DNA from: an uncultured Sphingomonadaceae bacterium | Lineage (GTDB): Bacteria > Pseudomonadota > Alphaproteobacteria > Sphingomonadales > Sphingomonadaceae | DNA: 59,855 nucleotides | Direction: 5' to 3' | Assembly: GCA_964612175.1 (NCBI GenBank) | Contig: CAZTED010000001.1 | Coordinates: 2,378-62,232 of the forward strand | Shown: positions 29,782-39,663 of the stretch, piece by piece | How the letters are laid out: each line of letters opens with the position of its first letter | Position numbering within the stretch: position 1 is the stretch's first letter | Translations under genes and position numbers: made by a program | The notes under the pieces: generated by a model | Told to the model about the DNA's origin: nothing | Seen by the model: only the letters and a program-made list of their open reading frames with translations | Database searches by the model: none

Positions 29782-31392
29782 ATGACCAACGAGGAGTACG
29801 CCGCGCTCGGCCTCCAGCCACCACCTTCGCGCATTGACCCTCCTCACGGCCCTCGCGACGTCGCTTCCCTGATCGATCGGGCCGCCGCAAAGTGCCCCGA
29901 CGACGAAGCCCTGGATGATGGCAAGGCAAGCTACACCTTCCGGCAACTGGCCGATCGCGTGGCAGCCGCTGCCGCGCTGCTCGATTCTGCCGGCATAAGG
30001 ACCGGCGATCGCGTGGCTGCCTCGCTTGGCAATGAGGCAAACCTCGTCATCGCCTTTTTTGCAGCGATGCGGCTGGGCGCCATGTGGGTGGGGATCAACA
30101 AGATCCTGCCGGCCGATGACAAGCGGTACATCCTCAACCACAGCGGCACCCGCCTGCTGCTGACAGATTCGTCCCTGCGCCAGCAGGTGGATGCCCTTCG
30201 CCCCGATGTCCCATCGCTCGAAGCGGTCTGGTACCTCGACACCCGGGACGCCGATGGCGGCTGGAACAGCGCCCTGGACAATCCCCAGGCAGCCACGGCA
30301 CCAAGTCCCGAAATCGATCCCTTTGCCCCTGCCGCCATCGTCTACACCAGCGGCACCACCGGGGTTCCAAAGGGCGTGGTTCACAGCCAGCACAACATGA
30401 TCGTCGTGCCCGCTGCACTGTTCGACCATGGCATCCTGTACCCGGACGCCCGCCGCGGTTCATGCCTGCCGCTGACCATCACCAACCTGGTGATCCTGGG
30501 GCCGGTTTCGTCATTTCTGTCGTACAAACCCTTCATTTTCGGGGTGTCGCCCAAGATCGAACCTCTGGTCGAATGGTTTCATGAAAAGCGGGTGCAGCAG
30601 ATCGCTCTTGTACCCACGATGATCTACGACCTGCTGCAGTATGATCGCGACCTTCCGCCAGACATATCGATCGGCAGCGGCGGAGCGCCGTTGCCACAGG
30701 TCATCCGCGATGCGTTCTTCAAGCGCTATGGCACGCACATAAACACCAGCTACGGACTGACGGAAGCACCCACACTGGCGGCACACCCGGCGAACAGTGT
30801 CGCCCCTGACGGCGCCAGCGGACGGGCCCTGCCGCACCTGGAAATCACCATCCGCGATGCCGATGGCAATGTGCTGCCGACGGGTGAAGTGGGCGAGGTC
30901 TGCATCGGGCCGGTGACCACCGGCACCTGGGCCAACGTCTACACTCCCCCGCTGGGCTACTGGCATGATCCGGAAAAGACCGCGGCGCTGCTGCGCGGTG
31001 GAGTGGTGCACACCGGCGACCATGGCAGCCTGGACGCCGATGGCTGGCTCACGATTGCCGATCGCAGTTCGGAACTGATCCTGCGCGGCGGCTCCAATGT
31101 CTATCCGGCGGAAATCGAGCGCATCCTGCACACTCACGATGGCGTGGCTGACTGCGCCATTGTCGGCAAGCCGGACCTGCGGATGGGCATGCTGACAGTG
31201 GCCTGCATCCAGCCAGCCCGCGCCGATACGGACACCGACAAGCTGCGCGACGAGCTGCTGGCCCTTTGCGCACAAAGGCTTGTCCGCTACAAGATTCCGG
31301 ACGAATGGCGTTTCATGGAGAGCTTCCCGCGCAACGCCATGGGCAAGGCAATCAAGCCCCGGCTGCGCGAGATCGTGCTCGAAACGTCTTGA
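29782..31392 (+). CDS. Acyl/aryl-CoA ligase (class I adenylate-forming enzyme)
   Basis: YTSGTTGVPKG, YGLTE, HTGD, GGSNVYPAEIE and PRNAMGK motifs. Confidence 0.92.
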   Translation: MTNEEYAALGLQPPPSRIDPPHGPRDVASLIDRAAAKCPDDEALDDGKASYTFRQLADRVAAAAALLDSAGIRTGDRVAASLGNEANLVIAFFAAMRLGAMWVGINKILPADDKRYILNHSGTRLLLTDSSLRQQVDALRPDVPSLEAVWYLDTRDADGGWNSALDNPQAATAPSPEIDPFAPAAIVYTSGTTGVPKGVVHSQHNMIVVPAALFDHGILYPDARRGSCLPLTITNLVILGPVSSFLSYKPFIFGVSPKIEPLVEWFHEKRVQQIALVPTMIYDLLQYDRDLPPDISIGSGGAPLPQVIRDAFFKRYGTHINTSYGLTEAPTLAAHPANSVAPDGASGRALPHLEITIRDADGNVLPTGEVGEVCIGPVTTGTWANVYTPPLGYWHDPEKTAALLRGGVVHTGDHGSLDADGWLTIADRSSELILRGGSNVYPAEIERILHTHDGVADCAIVGKPDLRMGMLTVACIQPARADTDTDKLRDELLALCAQRLVRYKIPDEWRFMESFPRNAMGKAIKPRLREIVLETS

Positions 31393-31433
31393 ACCAGCAC
31401 TAACTTTACCAGAATCAGTCGACGGAGCACGCA

Positions 31434-32270
31434 ATGCCTCAGCCTACACATTTTCATGGCCGGATGGACGGATGGCGGGCGATCGTCACCGGCGCCGGAA
31501 CGCTTGGCGATGGCGTCGGCACCGGCAAGGCTATCGCCGCGCTGTTTGCTGCCGAGGGCGCCAAGGTTGCCCTGTTCGACCTCGACGAGGCCCGCGCCGC
31601 GACCACGCTTGAACTGATAACCGGCATGAACGGCGAGGCCCGCATGTTCATCGGCAACGTCGCCGATGCCGAGGATGCCCAACGCATGACGGCAGAGGCG
31701 CTGGACTGGCTTGGCGGGCTGGACGTGCTGGTCAACAACATCGGCATCGCATCGGGCGCGGGCCAGCTGCATACCGTGCCGCAAGCCGATGTCGACAAGC
31801 TGATGGCAGTCAATTTCGGTACGGTCGTCAACATGTGCCGGGAAGCCATGCCGGCCTTGCTGGCAGGCCATGGCAAGGCCATCGTCAACATTGCCTCGGT
31901 CGCCGGCATCCTGGCGCACGGCAACACCGCATACGGCCCAAGCAAGGCTGCCATGATCCAGCTGACCGCAGAGCTGGCGGTCATGTATGGGCGGGATGGA
32001 ATCCGGGCCAATTGCGTTGCCCCCGGCCATATCATGACCCCGATGGTGGAAGCACATGTCAAAGGCGAACACCGGCGGGTACGCAGCGCCATCGCACCGA
32101 TCGGGGTAGAGGGCGATGCCTGGGACATCGCCCAGGCGGCCCTGTTCCTTGCCGGACCGGAAAGCCGCTTCATCACCGGCATCACCTTGCCCGTCGATGG
32201 CGGGGTAACGATCGTCGGTCCGCTCGCCGCTTACGAGCGCGTTACAAGGGAAGCCACGCCGCAGGGCTGA
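31434..32270 (+). CDS. SDR family oxidoreductase
   Basis: VTGAG...GTG, VNNIG and YGPSK motifs. Confidence 0.9.
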   Translation: MPQPTHFHGRMDGWRAIVTGAGTLGDGVGTGKAIAALFAAEGAKVALFDLDEARAATTLELITGMNGEARMFIGNVADAEDAQRMTAEALDWLGGLDVLVNNIGIASGAGQLHTVPQADVDKLMAVNFGTVVNMCREAMPALLAGHGKAIVNIASVAGILAHGNTAYGPSKAAMIQLTAELAVMYGRDGIRANCVAPGHIMTPMVEAHVKGEHRRVRSAIAPIGVEGDAWDIAQAALFLAGPESRFITGITLPVDGGVTIVGPLAAYERVTREATPQG

Positions 32271-32284
32271 CCGGGCTACGGGAT

Positions 32285-32836
32285 CTAGGCTGGCAGCCCG
32301 GATCCCTGGTCACTTATCATCGCAACATGGGTGCGGATGAGGGCCCGGAATTCTTCCGTGCTGGCCGCCACTTCGCGATAGCCGCGCGCACCATAGAGCA
32401 GGACCCGCGCGATCTGTTCCGGCCCTGCTGATGGATGCCCGCCACATCCGGCGATGACCCCGGCAAAGAACGCCTCGAACCTGGCGTATATCTCCCTGAC
32501 CACGGGAAATGCGAGGTTGTCCATGTCGCGCGCATCCGGCGCGGCTTGCTGCAGCTCGAAGAAGCCCACCAGCAACATCTCGCAGGCGGTCGTCAGCTTT
32601 TCCTGCAAGCCCGGGCATGAATGGAGTGCCTTCCGGGTCTCCTCCAACCGCCGGTCAGCCAGGAAGCTCGTGGCTGCGGCAAACAACTGTTCCTTGCCCG
32701 GAAACAGCAGGTAGAGCGCCGGGCGCGACATTCCTGCGGCCCTGGCTATGTCGCCCATCGTGGTCCGGGCATAGCCATAGCGCAGGAAGGTGTCGGCCGC
32801 CGCCTTGACCGCGCGCGTTGCTTTCTCATCTGTCAT
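32285..32836 (-). CDS. TetR/AcrR family regulator
   Basis: YGYARTTMGDIARAAGMSRPALYLLFPGKEQL HTH. Confidence 0.9.
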   Translation of the reverse strand: MTDEKATRAVKAAADTFLRYGYARTTMGDIARAAGMSRPALYLLFPGKEQLFAAATSFLADRRLEETRKALHSCPGLQEKLTTACEMLLVGFFELQQAAPDARDMDNLAFPVVREIYARFEAFFAGVIAGCGGHPSAGPEQIARVLLYGARGYREVAASTEEFRALIRTHVAMISDQGSGLPA

Positions 32837-32892
32837 GGTGAAATCGCATGGTCTCGCTTTGCTCGCCCTGGCGCCGATGCGAGGCATGAGCG

Positions 32893-32921
32893 GACATTAT
32901 GACGAAGCACGTCAAAACGTC
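32893..32921. promoter_or_regulatory. Probable TetR autoregulatory operator
   Basis: TGACG-AAGCA-CGTCA core (32900-32914) with outer GAC...GTC, upstream of tetR. Confidence 0.5.
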
Positions 32922-32937
32922 AAATCCGCAATGCCGC

Positions 32938-33213
32938 TCAGAACTCTTCCGGTGGCAGGCTGTCCCAGCGAAACTGTTCCTCAAGTCCATAGGGTGCATT
33001 CTTCGGCACCATCCGGACCGCTTCGATCGCGCCGGTACTGCATTCCTCGATGCATGCCCTGCAATCGGCGCACAAGGCCGGATCAACCGCCACCCGCCGG
33101 CTGCGGATTTCGATCGCCCCCTTGGGGCAGACCTCGAAACATCCGAAACATGCCGAGCACAGTTCGGGGTCGACAAGGCGCTGCACCACGCGAGGCTGGG
33201 TGTCGCTGTTCAC
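32938..33213 (-). CDS. 2x[4Fe-4S] ferredoxin
   Basis: CSACFGCFEVCP and CADCRACIEECS motifs. Confidence 0.85.
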   Translation of the reverse strand: MNSDTQPRVVQRLVDPELCSACFGCFEVCPKGAIEIRSRRVAVDPALCADCRACIEECSTGAIEAVRMVPKNAPYGLEEQFRWDSLPPEEF

Positions 33214-33311
33214 ACCTGCAAGCCTAGACCGAAATTGACAGGGATCAAGGAGGCCCCCGGAAATCGTCCATATCCTCTACAGGAACGCTGGAAGCACGAG
33301 GGCTAGAAGCG

Positions 33312-34643
33312 ATGGCAGCAAATCCGGTCAAGGCCGATTTCGTACCCAAGGAGGACTACATCTGCCGTGAATTCGCCCTGCGCGAGAAGAACAGCCTCTG
33401 GCCGAAGGTCTGGCAGGTGGCCTGCCGCGAGCAGGAGCTGGAAAAGGTCGGCGACTTCGTCACCTATGACATCTGCGACCAGTCGATCATCGTCGTGCGC
33501 TCGGCACCCGACAGGATCAGCGCCTACTACAACGTCTGCATGCATCGCGGGCGGCGACTGACGCAGGGCTGCGGCAATGCCACCCGCTTCCACTGCAATT
33601 ACCATGGCTGGCGCTGGAACCTGGATGGCAGCGTACAGCGCATCCTCGATGAAAAGGACTGGGCGGGCTGCCGCAATGCCAGCCACGATGATTTCAGGCT
33701 CGCCGAAATCCGTGTCGATACCTGGGGCGGCTTCGTCTTCATCAACATGGACCCCGATTGCGAGCCGCTCGCCACGTTCCTTGATCCAGTGCCCCAGTTC
33801 ATCGATCCGTTCGAACTGCACAAGGCGAAGTTCCGCTGGTCCTATTCGGTGCGGGTTCCGTGCAACTGGAAAGTCGCACTGGAAGCCTTTGACGAAGGCT
33901 ATCACGTGGCCGCCACCCATCCGCAGCTGCTGGACGGCTTTGGTGAGGACTACACCTTCAGCAGGGCCATGGGAAAACATGGCATGTTCGGATACGACAA
34001 GAGCACGCGCCCGTTCGGTGCGCCATCACCCCGCCAGGCAAAGCCCGTACCCGACGACCTGCGCCCCGGCATGATCGGCTATATCCAGCTGATCAACGAT
34101 ACGCTCCACGCCATTACCACGGAAAAGGATGCGGCGGCGGCCACCCGGCTGATGACCGAAGCAAGCGCGCAAGACAGCCCGATCGAACTGGTCGTGAAGC
34201 TGCTGCAGTTCCAGGAGGAAGCGGCGAAGGCTGCCGGCGCGCACTGGCCCCCGCTGACCCTTGCCGAACGCGCCGCCGCCGGGACCGACTGGCATGTCTT
34301 CCCCAACCTCATCTTCCTGCCCAGCGGCACCGGGACACTGTGCTACCGATCCCGCCCCTGGGGCGATGGAACCGATCCGGACTGGTGCGTCTACGACATC
34401 TGGTCGCTTGAACAATACGCACCTGGTGCCGAACCGCCGATCAGCCACAACACCATCCACACCGAAGAAGGGTGGAAGGCCATCGGCGGGGTCAGCGAGA
34501 TACTGGAGCAGGACTTCCTCAACATGGAACAGGTCCAGCGCGGCATGAAGCAGGCCGGATTCCCGGGGAGCCGCACCAGCCCTGTCCAGGAAGTGGCCAT
34601 CTCCAACATGCACCGCGTGCTGCACGATTACCTGGCGTGCTGA
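33312..34643 (+). CDS. Rieske non-heme iron oxygenase alpha subunit
   Basis: CMH...CNYH Rieske motif, NWK...DEGYHVAATH iron site, QD motif. Confidence 0.93.
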   Translation: MAANPVKADFVPKEDYICREFALREKNSLWPKVWQVACREQELEKVGDFVTYDICDQSIIVVRSAPDRISAYYNVCMHRGRRLTQGCGNATRFHCNYHGWRWNLDGSVQRILDEKDWAGCRNASHDDFRLAEIRVDTWGGFVFINMDPDCEPLATFLDPVPQFIDPFELHKAKFRWSYSVRVPCNWKVALEAFDEGYHVAATHPQLLDGFGEDYTFSRAMGKHGMFGYDKSTRPFGAPSPRQAKPVPDDLRPGMIGYIQLINDTLHAITTEKDAAAATRLMTEASAQDSPIELVVKLLQFQEEAAKAAGAHWPPLTLAERAAAGTDWHVFPNLIFLPSGTGTLCYRSRPWGDGTDPDWCVYDIWSLEQYAPGAEPPISHNTIHTEEGWKAIGGVSEILEQDFLNMEQVQRGMKQAGFPGSRTSPVQEVAISNMHRVLHDYLAC

Positions 34644-34688
34644 ACAGGCTGGCAGGGCCAGCCTGCGCGGCAGCGCCGGATCGATGCC

Positions 34689-35513
34689 CTATTCGCCGGT
34701 GAAGGTCGGCCTTTCCTTTGATCCGAACACGCGAATGGCCGCGACATTGTCCTTGGTTCGCGAGGTGCGGGCAACGGCCTGTGCTTCGGTCTCGAATGCG
34801 GAATGCAGGTCGATGCGCTGGGCAAGGCCGACAATCTGCTTGATCTCGGACAGCGCGATGGTGGCATCGTTGGCGATTTCCATGGCCACCTCGCGTGCCC
34901 GCACCGCAAAGGTCTCGGCCTCGGCAACCTCGCTGACCATGCCCCAGTCAAGCGCGGTCGCAGCATCGATCCGCTCTGCCCGCATGAGGATGCGCTTGGT
35001 CCGCAGGATGCCGATGTTGCGTGACAGCAGCCAGCCGAGGCCCGAGTCCGTGGCCGAGGCAAGGTTCTTGAACGGGGCCTGGAACCACGCCTTGTCCGAC
35101 GCGATCACATAGTCCGCCGCAAGGCACATCCCCAGGCCAATGCCGACGGCAAGCCCGTTGGGAGCGGCGATCACGGGGATGGAGACGGCATGCAGCCGAC
35201 GCAGAAGGGGGTGGAAGAAGGTCTCGACACCGCTGAGCGCGGGAAGCTTGACGGTTCCGTCCGCCAGCGCCTTGCGACTGCCCATCAGGTTCACGCCAGC
35301 ACAGAAGGCGCGCCCTTCGCCCGTGATGAGCAGCGCCCGGCACTTGCGCCGCGGCTTGGCGATCTCGTTGAGAACGGTGGCGATGGATTCGCCCATTTCC
35401 ATGCCCATGGCATTCAGCCGCTCGGGATCGTTCAGGGTCATGATCGCCAGCGGTCCGTCAAACTCCAGGCGGACAAAGGGGTAATCAATCGTTTCGGTCT
35501 GACCATCTTCCAA
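34689..35513 (-). CDS. Enoyl-CoA hydratase/isomerase family protein
   Basis: LNDPERLNA, AFCAGVNL and NGLAVGIG motifs. Confidence 0.88.
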   Translation of the reverse strand: MEDGQTETIDYPFVRLEFDGPLAIMTLNDPERLNAMGMEMGESIATVLNEIAKPRRKCRALLITGEGRAFCAGVNLMGSRKALADGTVKLPALSGVETFFHPLLRRLHAVSIPVIAAPNGLAVGIGLGMCLAADYVIASDKAWFQAPFKNLASATDSGLGWLLSRNIGILRTKRILMRAERIDAATALDWGMVSEVAEAETFAVRAREVAMEIANDATIALSEIKQIVGLAQRIDLHSAFETEAQAVARTSRTKDNVAAIRVFGSKERPTFTGE

Positions 35514-35550
35514 GGCTTCAATCCTTCATCAGTTCAAGTGTCTGGGCCGG

Positions 35551-36126
35551 TCACTTTTCGGACAGGCCGGCTTCCTGATTGGCCTTCTTCCAGAATTCAC
35601 CGCCCAGAACGGCATCGATCTCCAGTTCCGCCACCTCGGAAATCCGGGCAAACATCATGTACAGGCCGATGACATGGATCAGCTCGACAATCTGGCGCGG
35701 GCTGTAGAACGATGCGATGGCATTGAAGACCAGGTCGTCAACACGCACGGTCTTGACCACTTGCCGGGTGAAGGCGAGCAGGGCCTTCTCGCGGTCATTG
35801 AAAACCGGATCGCCGAAGCGGTCGTTGGCGATCGCGGCAACCTTTTCGTCAGGGATGCCCATGGCCTTGGACACCTGCATGTGCTGGGCCCATTCGTACT
35901 CGCCGCGATCAAGATGGAGCACGGCCAGCACGCAGATCTGCCGCTCCAGCGGCGGCACCTCGATGCCGGACATCATGCCCTGCACGGCCAGGCCGATACC
36001 CGGCTGGATAGAAACAGCATGGGCCATCAGGCGGCTGAGATTGAGCTTGCCACCCGGCGCATTGTCATAGCGCTCGCGCTGTTCGGGCGTCAGGTCCTCA
36101 ACGGCAACGAGGGGAATTCGGTTCAT
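35551..36126 (-). CDS. Carboxymuconolactone decarboxylase/AhpD-like protein
   Basis: YEWAQH, REKALL and QIVEL...IGLY motifs. Confidence 0.8.
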   Translation of the reverse strand: MNRIPLVAVEDLTPEQRERYDNAPGGKLNLSRLMAHAVSIQPGIGLAVQGMMSGIEVPPLERQICVLAVLHLDRGEYEWAQHMQVSKAMGIPDEKVAAIANDRFGDPVFNDREKALLAFTRQVVKTVRVDDLVFNAIASFYSPRQIVELIHVIGLYMMFARISEVAELEIDAVLGGEFWKKANQEAGLSEK

Positions 36127-36138
36127 GGTCGTCCTCTC

Positions 36139-37149
36139 TCAATCAACGGGCCTGGCGTCGAGCGCCTGGTCCACCAGCCTCGCGACATCGGCATAACTGG
36201 GCGTCTCGCAGGCCGCGACATATTCCCGGCGCAGCCGGACAACGAGTTCCGCAACGGTAGGCGTGTCATCGATCAGGTCGATACCCTGCCCCGCCGACCA
36301 CAGGTTCTTCCAGGGCTTCACGCCCTCTGGCAGGTGCTGCGAGCCCATGCCGTGTCCGGCGGGTTTCGGCAGGTTCTTCGGGTCGAGGCCCAGCCGTTCC
36401 ATCGAAGGGACCAGCCAGTTGGCGGCCACCCCCGCAATCCGGGGCGTGAACATCAGGTCTTCCGAATGCCCGTCGACCAGCATCTGCGCATAGGCCGGAT
36501 CCACACCTGCTTCGCGAGTGGCGATGAAGCGCGTCCCCATATACGCAAGGTCGGCGCCAAGGATCTCGGCCGCACGGATGGCCGCGCCGGTGGAAATCGA
36601 GCCGGCCATCAGGATGGTGCCATCGAAGATTTTCCGGATACGCGGGACCAGCACAAGATGCCCGATATGGCCGGAATGGCCCCCGCCGCCCGAACCGATA
36701 CAGGTCAACCCGTCGACACCGGCCTCGATCGCCTTTTCAGCAAAGCGCATCGATACGACATCGTGCCAGATCTTCAGCCCCGCATCGCGGACATGCTTGG
36801 CCAGTTCGGTCGGATTGCCCGTCGCACTGATGATCACCTCGACCCCGTAGCGCTTCGCCAGATCGAGATGGCGCGTGATTTCGGCCGGCTCCATCTTCGT
36901 CGCCAGGTTGACAGCCAACGGCCCGATCCGGGCAGCCGGGTTTGCATCCTTGTGCCGATCCAGCGCGTCCCGGATCTCGGCAAGCCAGCTTTCGAAAATC
37001 TCGAAACTGCGGGCGTTCTGGCGCGGTAATGCACCCATGATGCCTGCCAGGCAGGCCTCGCGCACCAATGCCGGATTGCTGACCAGGAACATCGGCGCGC
37101 AAACGGCAGGAAGTGTCAGGCGATCCCGCATGGACTGTTCAAGCGCCAT
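36139..37149 (-). CDS. Nitronate monooxygenase family flavoprotein
   Basis: APMFLVS, GGGGH, YMGTRFIATRE and WSAGQG motifs. Confidence 0.9.
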   Translation of the reverse strand: MALEQSMRDRLTLPAVCAPMFLVSNPALVREACLAGIMGALPRQNARSFEIFESWLAEIRDALDRHKDANPAARIGPLAVNLATKMEPAEITRHLDLAKRYGVEVIISATGNPTELAKHVRDAGLKIWHDVVSMRFAEKAIEAGVDGLTCIGSGGGGHSGHIGHLVLVPRIRKIFDGTILMAGSISTGAAIRAAEILGADLAYMGTRFIATREAGVDPAYAQMLVDGHSEDLMFTPRIAGVAANWLVPSMERLGLDPKNLPKPAGHGMGSQHLPEGVKPWKNLWSAGQGIDLIDDTPTVAELVVRLRREYVAACETPSYADVARLVDQALDARPVD

Positions 37150-37276
37150 AACCTTCTCCCAACCTCTCTATCCCGGAACTGCACATATAGCGTTTAATGA
37201 TGTAGATAATTAGGCGCCGTTCTGGCAAGTGGATATGCACCGATCCATCGCATAGGCAGTAAGAGGGAGGTCAGCA

Positions 37277-37978
37277 TTGGGTTCGCAAACGGATGTCGCA
37301 AGGGCCTATGAGGAAGTGGTCATGGGGCGCCGCAGCATTCGCGGCTACAAGCCCGATCCGGTCCCCCGGGAGCTGATCTGCGAAGTGCTGGCAATGGCCA
37401 TGCGCGCGCCATCCTCGCTCAACACACAGCCGTGGAATTTCACGGTGGTGAGCGGCGCTGCGCTGGACGCGATCCGCCGCGGCAATACCGAACGCAACCT
37501 TGCCGGTGTTCCATCCTCGCGCGAATTCAAGGCCAGCGAAAGCTATGAAGGCGTGCATCGCGAACGGCAGATCGGTGTTGCCAAGCAACTGTTTGCCGCC
37601 ATGGACATTGCCCGCGATGACAAGGTGAAGCGCAAGGAATGGGTGCTGCGCGGCTTCCGCCAGTTCGATGCGCCGGTTTCGATCATCATCACCTATGACA
37701 AGGTTCTGAAGGGCAATGACATTGCACCCTTTGATTGCGGCGCCGTGATCAATGCGCTGGTCAATGCCGCCTGGTCGCGCGGGCTGGGCTGCGTGATCAA
37801 CAGCCAGGGAATCATGCAATCACCTGTCGTGCGCGAACATGCCCGCATCCCTGATGACCAGCTCATCATGATGTGCGTGGCCATGGGATGGCCGGATGAG
37901 AGCTTTCCGGCCAATGCCGTGGTTTCCACCCGCAAATCTGTCGAAGAGGCCGCCACCTTCATCGGGTTCGACGACTAG
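37277..37978 (+). CDS. Nitroreductase family protein
   Basis: RRSIRGY, APSSLNTQPW and FDAPV motifs; TTG start after GGGAGG. Confidence 0.9.
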   Translation: MGSQTDVARAYEEVVMGRRSIRGYKPDPVPRELICEVLAMAMRAPSSLNTQPWNFTVVSGAALDAIRRGNTERNLAGVPSSREFKASESYEGVHRERQIGVAKQLFAAMDIARDDKVKRKEWVLRGFRQFDAPVSIIITYDKVLKGNDIAPFDCGAVINALVNAAWSRGLGCVINSQGIMQSPVVREHARIPDDQLIMMCVAMGWPDESFPANAVVSTRKSVEEAATFIGFDD

Positions 37979-37985
37979 GCGCGCC

Positions 37986-38816
37986 TCATTTCCCGGCCAT
38001 CCATTCGGCAAAGGCATGCTTGTAGTCGGGATGCCAGCGCGAGAGCGCGGGGCGGTTTTCGGTAATGTCGCCGGCATTCCAGAGCACGCGGGCGTTATCG
38101 ATCTCGCGCGTTGTTTCATTGTCGAGGCACCAGAGGTAGAAATCCCCCCTCGCCACCCCATCCATCATGACATCGACAACCTGTTCCGGGGTCCAGGCTG
38201 CCGGCGGCTTCTCCGTGAAATGCGCCTTCATCATGCCGGTATAGGTGAACCCCGGGATCAGCAGGTGCGCACTGACCCGCCCGCCGGTTTCCTCCCGCAA
38301 GGTGTGCGCCAGCCCTTCGGTAAGCGATTTCACGCCTGACTTGCTGACATTGTAGGCGGTGTCGCCCGGCGGCTGGGTAATGCCCTGCTTCGATCCGGTG
38401 TTGATGACCAGGCCCGGCGCATCCCCTGCCACCATGGCCGGAACGAAGGCCTGCACGCCATGCAGCACGCCCAGCAGATTGGTGCCGATCACGCGCGCCC
38501 AGCCTTCGGGATTGACCAGCGCAGTGCCGCCCCCTCCCCGGCCGGCATTGTTCATCAGCACCGATACCCGGCCAGCCTCGTCCGCCACCCGATCGGCCAG
38601 GGCATCAACGGCGGCACGGTCGGAGACATCGGTGACGATAGCCAGCGCCTTGCCGCCAACCGCATCGCGCGCGGCGCTCAGCTTGTCCGCATCGTTATCT
38701 GCCAGCACCACGTTCATGCCAAGGCCAGCCAGGCGCCGGGCAGCGGCAAGGCCGATACCATCGGCAGCGCCGGTAATCACGGCAACGTTTCCGGCGGCAA
38801 TTGCGGGGTGTGTCAT
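37986..38816 (-). CDS. SDR family oxidoreductase
   Basis: TGAADGIG, NNAG, TGSKQG and YNVSK motifs. Confidence 0.9.
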   Translation of the reverse strand: MTHPAIAAGNVAVITGAADGIGLAAARRLAGLGMNVVLADNDADKLSAARDAVGGKALAIVTDVSDRAAVDALADRVADEAGRVSVLMNNAGRGGGGTALVNPEGWARVIGTNLLGVLHGVQAFVPAMVAGDAPGLVINTGSKQGITQPPGDTAYNVSKSGVKSLTEGLAHTLREETGGRVSAHLLIPGFTYTGMMKAHFTEKPPAAWTPEQVVDVMMDGVARGDFYLWCLDNETTREIDNARVLWNAGDITENRPALSRWHPDYKHAFAEWMAGK

Positions 38817-38850
38817 CAGCTGGGTATCCCTTGTCAGTTGGCCTGTCTGG

Positions 38851-39663
38851 TCATTCGGAATGCCTGGAACATACGCGCAGGCGCAGGTCGAGCAGCGGCG
38901 CATCGAGGATGGCGCGGCCGACATCCACCGCATCGGCCCCTGCCGCGGCTGCCGGGCCGAGATCCTGCAGCCGCACGCCGCCGCCAAAGGCCAGCCGCAC
39001 CTGTTCGCGCAGGCCCAGCGCGACCAGCGCGGCATGGACATCGGCAAGGTCGACAAGATCTGCGGTGTCGACCATGATGATCCCCGCCCCGCCATGCACG
39101 GCCGAAACCGCCTCGGCCACCGATTTCACCTGTACCGCCACCGGTCCGTGGCCAACGGCAAGCCCGGCTGCAATGGCCTTGTCGACGCCGCCCAGCATGA
39201 TCACGGCATTCTTGCCGACATAGACGAAATCACCATCGACAAGTCGCGGCAGCACGCCTGCCACCGACAGGCCGGCGCGCAGCAAGGGCTTGAGCGAGAC
39301 AGGCAGTTTCTTCCACCCGCCACAGGCAACGGAAAGGCCGGCGGGGGCTGCCTGCCTGAAGGCCGCGGCGCGCGCGGCAATGCCCGAGGCAAAGCCCAGC
39401 GGCCCAAGGACCACATCTTCCGCCACCCCCAGCCGGGGCGCATCCCCGATAAGTTCCAGCAGCGGCTGGCCGCTCACCACGTGGTCGCCTTCTGCCACCA
39501 GCAGACGCCAGGTCCCGGTGGGCCCCAAGGCGGGGGCCGGATCGACAAAACCCGTGCCGGCCACGATCCCCGGCTCGCATGCTTCGATGACGGCGCGGTA
39601 GCGCCCCGTGGCGCCGGCCAGCAAACGCTGTGCAATATCCGCCGCTGCTGGTCCCGTGCTCAC
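38851..39663 (-). CDS. Degenerate NadC/ModD-like (type II) phosphoribosyltransferase
   Basis: EPGIVAG, EGDHVVSGQ, ASGIAARA, IIMVDT, FGGGV and DAVDVGR segments of the QPRTase fold; GTGA overlap with larC. Confidence 0.72.
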   Translation of the reverse strand: MSTGPAAADIAQRLLAGATGRYRAVIEACEPGIVAGTGFVDPAPALGPTGTWRLLVAEGDHVVSGQPLLELIGDAPRLGVAEDVVLGPLGFASGIAARAAAFRQAAPAGLSVACGGWKKLPVSLKPLLRAGLSVAGVLPRLVDGDFVYVGKNAVIMLGGVDKAIAAGLAVGHGPVAVQVKSVAEAVSAVHGGAGIIMVDTADLVDLADVHAALVALGLREQVRLAFGGGVRLQDLGPAAAAGADAVDVGRAILDAPLLDLRLRVCSRHSE

